DNA of 64,000 nt, taken from assembly GCA_963847625.1 (NCBI GenBank), contig CAWKAR010000013.1:120733-184732 (forward strand), written 5' to 3'. The notes under the pieces are model-generated. The model made no database searches, was not told where the DNA came from, and was given only the letters and a program-made list of their open reading frames with translations. Of this stretch, positions 60,357 through 64,000 are shown piece by piece. The position numbers and the translations under genes are program-made. This DNA is from a candidate division FCPU426 bacterium (lineage in GTDB: Bacteria; Oederibacteriota; Muellerivitia; Muellerivitales; Muellerivitaceae). Each line of letters begins with the position of its first letter. The first letter of the stretch is position 1.

Positions 60357-62140
60357 ATGCACCCATCACCCATTCGAAGCCATCTCTCGCTCACAATCTT
60401 TGTCTTCTTCCTTGCAGCCCTGACACTAGCTGCATGCGAGTTGCGTCTCCAAATCCCACCAACATCTGATGCCCCGGATATGCCCAAATACGAATTCGAG
60501 GCCACTGGCGAAGATTATCTCGTTTCAGCACTGGATGAAGTCCACGCTATCGCCGACTGGGCAGAGACATTCACGAACGGACCCAACCGTTCTATCTCGA
60601 ACGACGCTTCAGTTGAACAGAGGTCTACACTGGCGAAAACCGCCATCGATACAGCCTATATCTATGGCCAAATCATCGCCGGAGGCTATGGTGCCGTTGT
60701 CACTGAGCGCTATGCATACCCCAAAGGTCTCTTGCTCATCACGATCAGAAAAACCTATGGCAAAGAAAATGGACACGTCGTCACGGAGACCAAACGCTAT
60801 GCATCTCACACGGACTTCCGCAACGACAATCCACAGCAAACGAACGTCACGGAGCTTTTCGGCCTTCAGAGGGACACGATCGTGACATACGTCTTACGCA
60901 ACGGAAGGCTTGAGACCTACACATTCCGGCTCCCTGTCATTACTAGAGTCGTGAATCCACAAGACGGCTCAATTCGTGTCACAACTCGCTATGCATCAGG
61001 TGGAGCCGTCGTATCGAAGGTCCAGGACGGTGACGGCAACCTCGTTCAACTTCGCAAAAGCTTTGGCGAGGCCAATGGAAGCGTTGTCACCCGCACAGAA
61101 TTCCCCGATCGCTCGTGGAGGCAGGTTCGCACCTTGGGGCAAGCTGATGGCACGATTCTCGCGAACCCATCAGGATTCTCATCGCTGGGCTCAGGTTGCG
61201 CAACACCCGCTCCCCGTCCCCCTATCCTCAAGTGCATGCCTCAGAGAACGCAAGATGAAGCTGCTCGCGCAATGACTGAGGAAGGGGCATCCCTTGCGCC
61301 CACTTTTGCATCTGGTTGTGCAACCATTCGACCGCCGATGCCGCCACCTCCTCCAAAACGATCCGTCATCCCACAACAGGTGCAGGCGAAGCCTCATACT
61401 ATAGGTTTTCCGGGCGAGGGTTCAACCTCTATGTCCCTGGCCTCTGGTATGCCATGTCCCCGGCCACCGATGCCACCTCCTCCTCCAAAACGCACCGTCT
61501 TCCCACGACAGGCGCAGGCCAAACCTCGCACTATAGATTTTCCGGCTGAGCGTTCGACATACATGTTCCTGGCCTCTGGTATTCCATGTCCCTGTCCACC
61601 GAAAACGATTCCGCCTCCCCGTGTTCCTACCACACACCTATATGAACCGAGCAAAGGTGACGGGATCGGTCTGAGCGATAGGGGGCTAGCTTTCAACCTT
61701 CTGGCGTCAGGAGGTGCAACGAAACCTCAACCGCCACCTCCCCCAACACCACAACGCAGAATGCTAAGTGAAGCGACCTGCGAGACCATGCCTGAGAAAG
61801 AACCAGTCTCGCGCTCTCTTGCATCTGGTTGTCCACTCAGACCTCCGAAACCACCGCTCTTCCCACCGGCACATCAACGCGTAATGGGAGAAGCTACCTG
61901 CGGGACCACGTCTGAGAAACAACAACTCTATCGCTCCTTTGCGTCTGGTGGTAAGTCAATAAACTTCCCCATCTCCCGCCTCCACCTCAGCTCATGCTTG
62001 GTGAGGCCACCAAAGATGCAGCCTCTCAGAAAGAGCTACTCTCTCGTTCTTTCGCATCTGGTTGCGCAGCAAGCAAACTCCCCAAAATACCGCCTCCTTC
62101 ATCGGCGGTATGTATGAATCTTCAAATGCACCAGCAATAA
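60357..62140 (+). CDS. Lipoprotein with beta-rich domain and eight (L/F)(A/G)SG + Pro-rich C-terminal repeats; 1-nt frameshift at ~61967-61970
   Basis: GAGGAGG RBS; LAAC lipobox. Repeat motifs at 61185, 61305, 61437, 61569, 61701, 61818, 61938 and 62051. The eighth is in frame only if one C is added. Confidence 0.75.
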
Positions 62141-62155
62141 TGTGAAGAACCTTCG

Positions 62156-62938
62156 ATGAGCTCAGGCAAGAAAAATATTCCGCGTCTCAAGAGTCGACTG
62201 CTTTCGCTCTCAAGATCCGCAACCTATATGACGCTCTTCCTGCTCATTGTCATTTCATGGGATATCCTGTATGGACAGACCGTTCCAGGTGGTGTGGGGG
62301 AAGGGGGAACGGTCCCCATCAGGATATCTCCTTTGTTCGAGGTCGATAGCACCCAGTCCATCAATCCGATGATTGACACCCTTGACATTCGACTGTTGCA
62401 GATTGAAATCGCCAAGGCGGAAGTCCGAGTGAACGAAACCAGCTTCTGGACGCGCATCATTCCGCAGGTTCACATTTCTGCAAGCTTCGGAATGCACGAC
62501 ATTATGTTTGTCGACCCTAGCACATTCACGCCATACATCCTCCCACGGGACGCTTACAGGTTGTCCGTCAGCTTGTCACTGAACGATCTCTTCAGTTCCT
62601 CAAAACACACTCAAGCTCTCCTTGAGTTCGACCAGCTGAGAACAGAAGAGTCCCGCCTGACGACGAAACAGTTCCAGTCACGCAAGTCCCTTGAACAGCA
62701 ACTGCTTGCGCTACAGGATCAAATGGCTTTGCTGGATAAAGAACTGGGCTTAATCAAGGAACTGCTCCACTTCAACGAACTACGTTTCCAACACGGCAAG
62801 ATCGAATTCGACGCCCTGATCCACAGCAAGCTCGAACTCATTAGCGCAACGAAGACCATAATGCAGCTCCACCAACAAGAAGCGCTGATTCGACAGAAAC
62901 TCACATCGGGAGACCCCAATGACATCCCCCCTTACTAA
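62156..62938 (+). CDS. Short TolC/outer-membrane efflux-like protein
   Basis: Signal-like segment; IPQVHISASFG and YRLSVSLSL strands; helical RFQHGKIEFDALIHSKLEL, typical of one OEP repeat. Start may be 62227. Confidence 0.6.
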   Translation: MSSGKKNIPRLKSRLLSLSRSATYMTLFLLIVISWDILYGQTVPGGVGEGGTVPIRISPLFEVDSTQSINPMIDTLDIRLLQIEIAKAEVRVNETSFWTRIIPQVHISASFGMHDIMFVDPSTFTPYILPRDAYRLSVSLSLNDLFSSSKHTQALLEFDQLRTEESRLTTKQFQSRKSLEQQLLALQDQMALLDKELGLIKELLHFNELRFQHGKIEFDALIHSKLELISATKTIMQLHQQEALIRQKLTSGDPNDIPPY

Positions 62939-62955
62939 GGGGGGCTTGGGGGGTC
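62926..62955. repeat. CCCCCCTT..AAGGGGGG..GGGGGGTC palindromic repeat, copy 2
   Basis: Contains the stop codon of the TolC-like gene. Confidence 0.65.
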
Positions 62956-62990
62956 CCCATCCCGCTGCGATAACAGAACACCGATGAACA

Positions 62991-64000
62991 ATGCTCAACG
63001 ACGCAACACAAATTGTCGCCGACGTGCCCGGAAAACACCTTGACCCCAAGTTACTCGTTCGCTCTCAATCTGGCGATTCATTGGGGTTCATCATGATCTC
63101 ATACGAACAGAAATCTGCAGCCTCGGATACATCCATGGAACGTTACTATGATCTTCTCTTCTTCCACGGAGCCGAAATCTACGATTCTCCGCGCATGAAT
63201 CGAGACCTTCGATTTCAGATCCGTGCAGAGGTTGTATTTCAGACATTTGCGAACTTGCGGCAAGAGGACCAGACACGGATCTCCCTCTACACTGCATCTG
63301 ACCAGGTTCTTAGCCGTTTTCAGTCAACCTTGCTCTATGAACCTTGTTTGAAAGTCCAGATAAAGGGGCTCACAAAGAACCAAATCGCGACGTTTCTGAA
63401 GGGCACAGACTGCCACAAGGGGATCATCGAATGCAATGAATTCATCGATTCAACTCCATCCATTGATCTCAGGGAAATCAACTCCCCCGACGACTTTCTC
63501 CATTATCAGCCGGCCTTCAAGCGGGGTCGTCTCCTCGTGTACAACATCGAAAAGAACAAGGAGCTCATCGAGCAGAGACACACTTCACAATTCAAACGAT
63601 CAACTCTCTCCGCCAGCGGTATTCGGGATGCGCATGACGATCAATCAACGGATAGCAATCGAACTGCCATTCAATTCTCCAATACTTCAGAACACTTCGT
63701 GACTGAAGAGGTGCTATCACCAGTCGACGAACAAGAGGCCGAAGAATTCACATCATTGATCAAACGGATACTCAATTCCCCGCCCTCATCCGAAACAAAA
63801 ACATGCATTTGCCCACCGCTTAAGCGGCGGGAAACCAGGCATCCAAGAAGATCTGCTATATCTCATGTTGAGCCGCATCCACCAGAGGTTCAACCCAAGA
63901 ACCAACAACCCGATTCAACTGAGTACATCAAGCTCATGGAACGCATCTTTCGGTCTTTTCACCAACAGCTTCTTGATTCCTTCGGCGACAAGTGCGATGC
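62991..64000 (+). CDS. Hypothetical protein, runs off the window end
   Basis: Manual translation from MLNDATQIVADVPGKHLDPK gives 336 codons with no stop. Absent from the ORF track because it is incomplete. Confidence 0.7.
   Translation, partial: MLNDATQIVADVPGKHLDPKLLVRSQSGDSLGFIMISYEQKSAASDTSMERYYDLLFFHGAEIYDSPRMNRDLRFQIRAEVVFQTFANLRQEDQTRISLYTASDQVLSRFQSTLLYEPCLKVQIKGLTKNQIATFLKGTDCHKGIIECNEFIDSTPSIDLREINSPDDFLHYQPAFKRGRLLVYNIEKNKELIEQRHTSQFKRSTLSASGIRDAHDDQSTDSNRTAIQFSNTSEHFVTEEVLSPVDEQEAEEFTSLIKRILNSPPSSETKTCICPPLKRRETRHPRRSAISHVEPHPPEVQPKNQQPDSTEYIKLMERIFRSFHQQLLDSFGDKCD

Overview
The window has three parts. (1) 1-~21 kb is an accessory region. It holds two type II toxin-antitoxin pairs, an AAA+/DUF4143 ATPase, an IS3 element without a target duplication next to two broken genes, hrpB, a nitrobindin-like protein, two secreted CAZymes (a CBM4-like + GH-like protein and a GH10 xylanase), an IS30 element and tandem-duplicated NHL lipoproteins. 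These genes sit among several families of short palindromic repeats that are nested inside one another and bracket genes like cassettes. (2) ~21-56.3 kb is mostly core chromosome of a diderm bacterium: GT39-TPR, satP, eno, greA, fur, murI, cimA-lysC-thrC-hom with two aminotransferases, mreBCD-mrdA-rodA, ppk2 and a B12 radical SAM enzyme. (3) At ~56.31 kb a TPR membrane-protein gene is cut off and sequence of visibly different style begins, either a contig/chimera junction or an insertion. This part encodes a degenerate sigma54-type regulator, a catalytically degenerate XerD-like protein behind tandem GATAAC..GTTATC palindromes, a FlgD-like lipoprotein, and a TolC-like protein. It also encodes the most striking item: a secreted protein ending in eight 38-44 aa repeats, each a conserved (L/F)(A/G)SG site followed by a variable Pro-rich core, a candidate multi-core peptide precursor and export system. 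Four single-base deletions in short runs (mrdA and three genes of part 3) look like sequencing errors. All calls come from motif recognition by eye; no searches were run.
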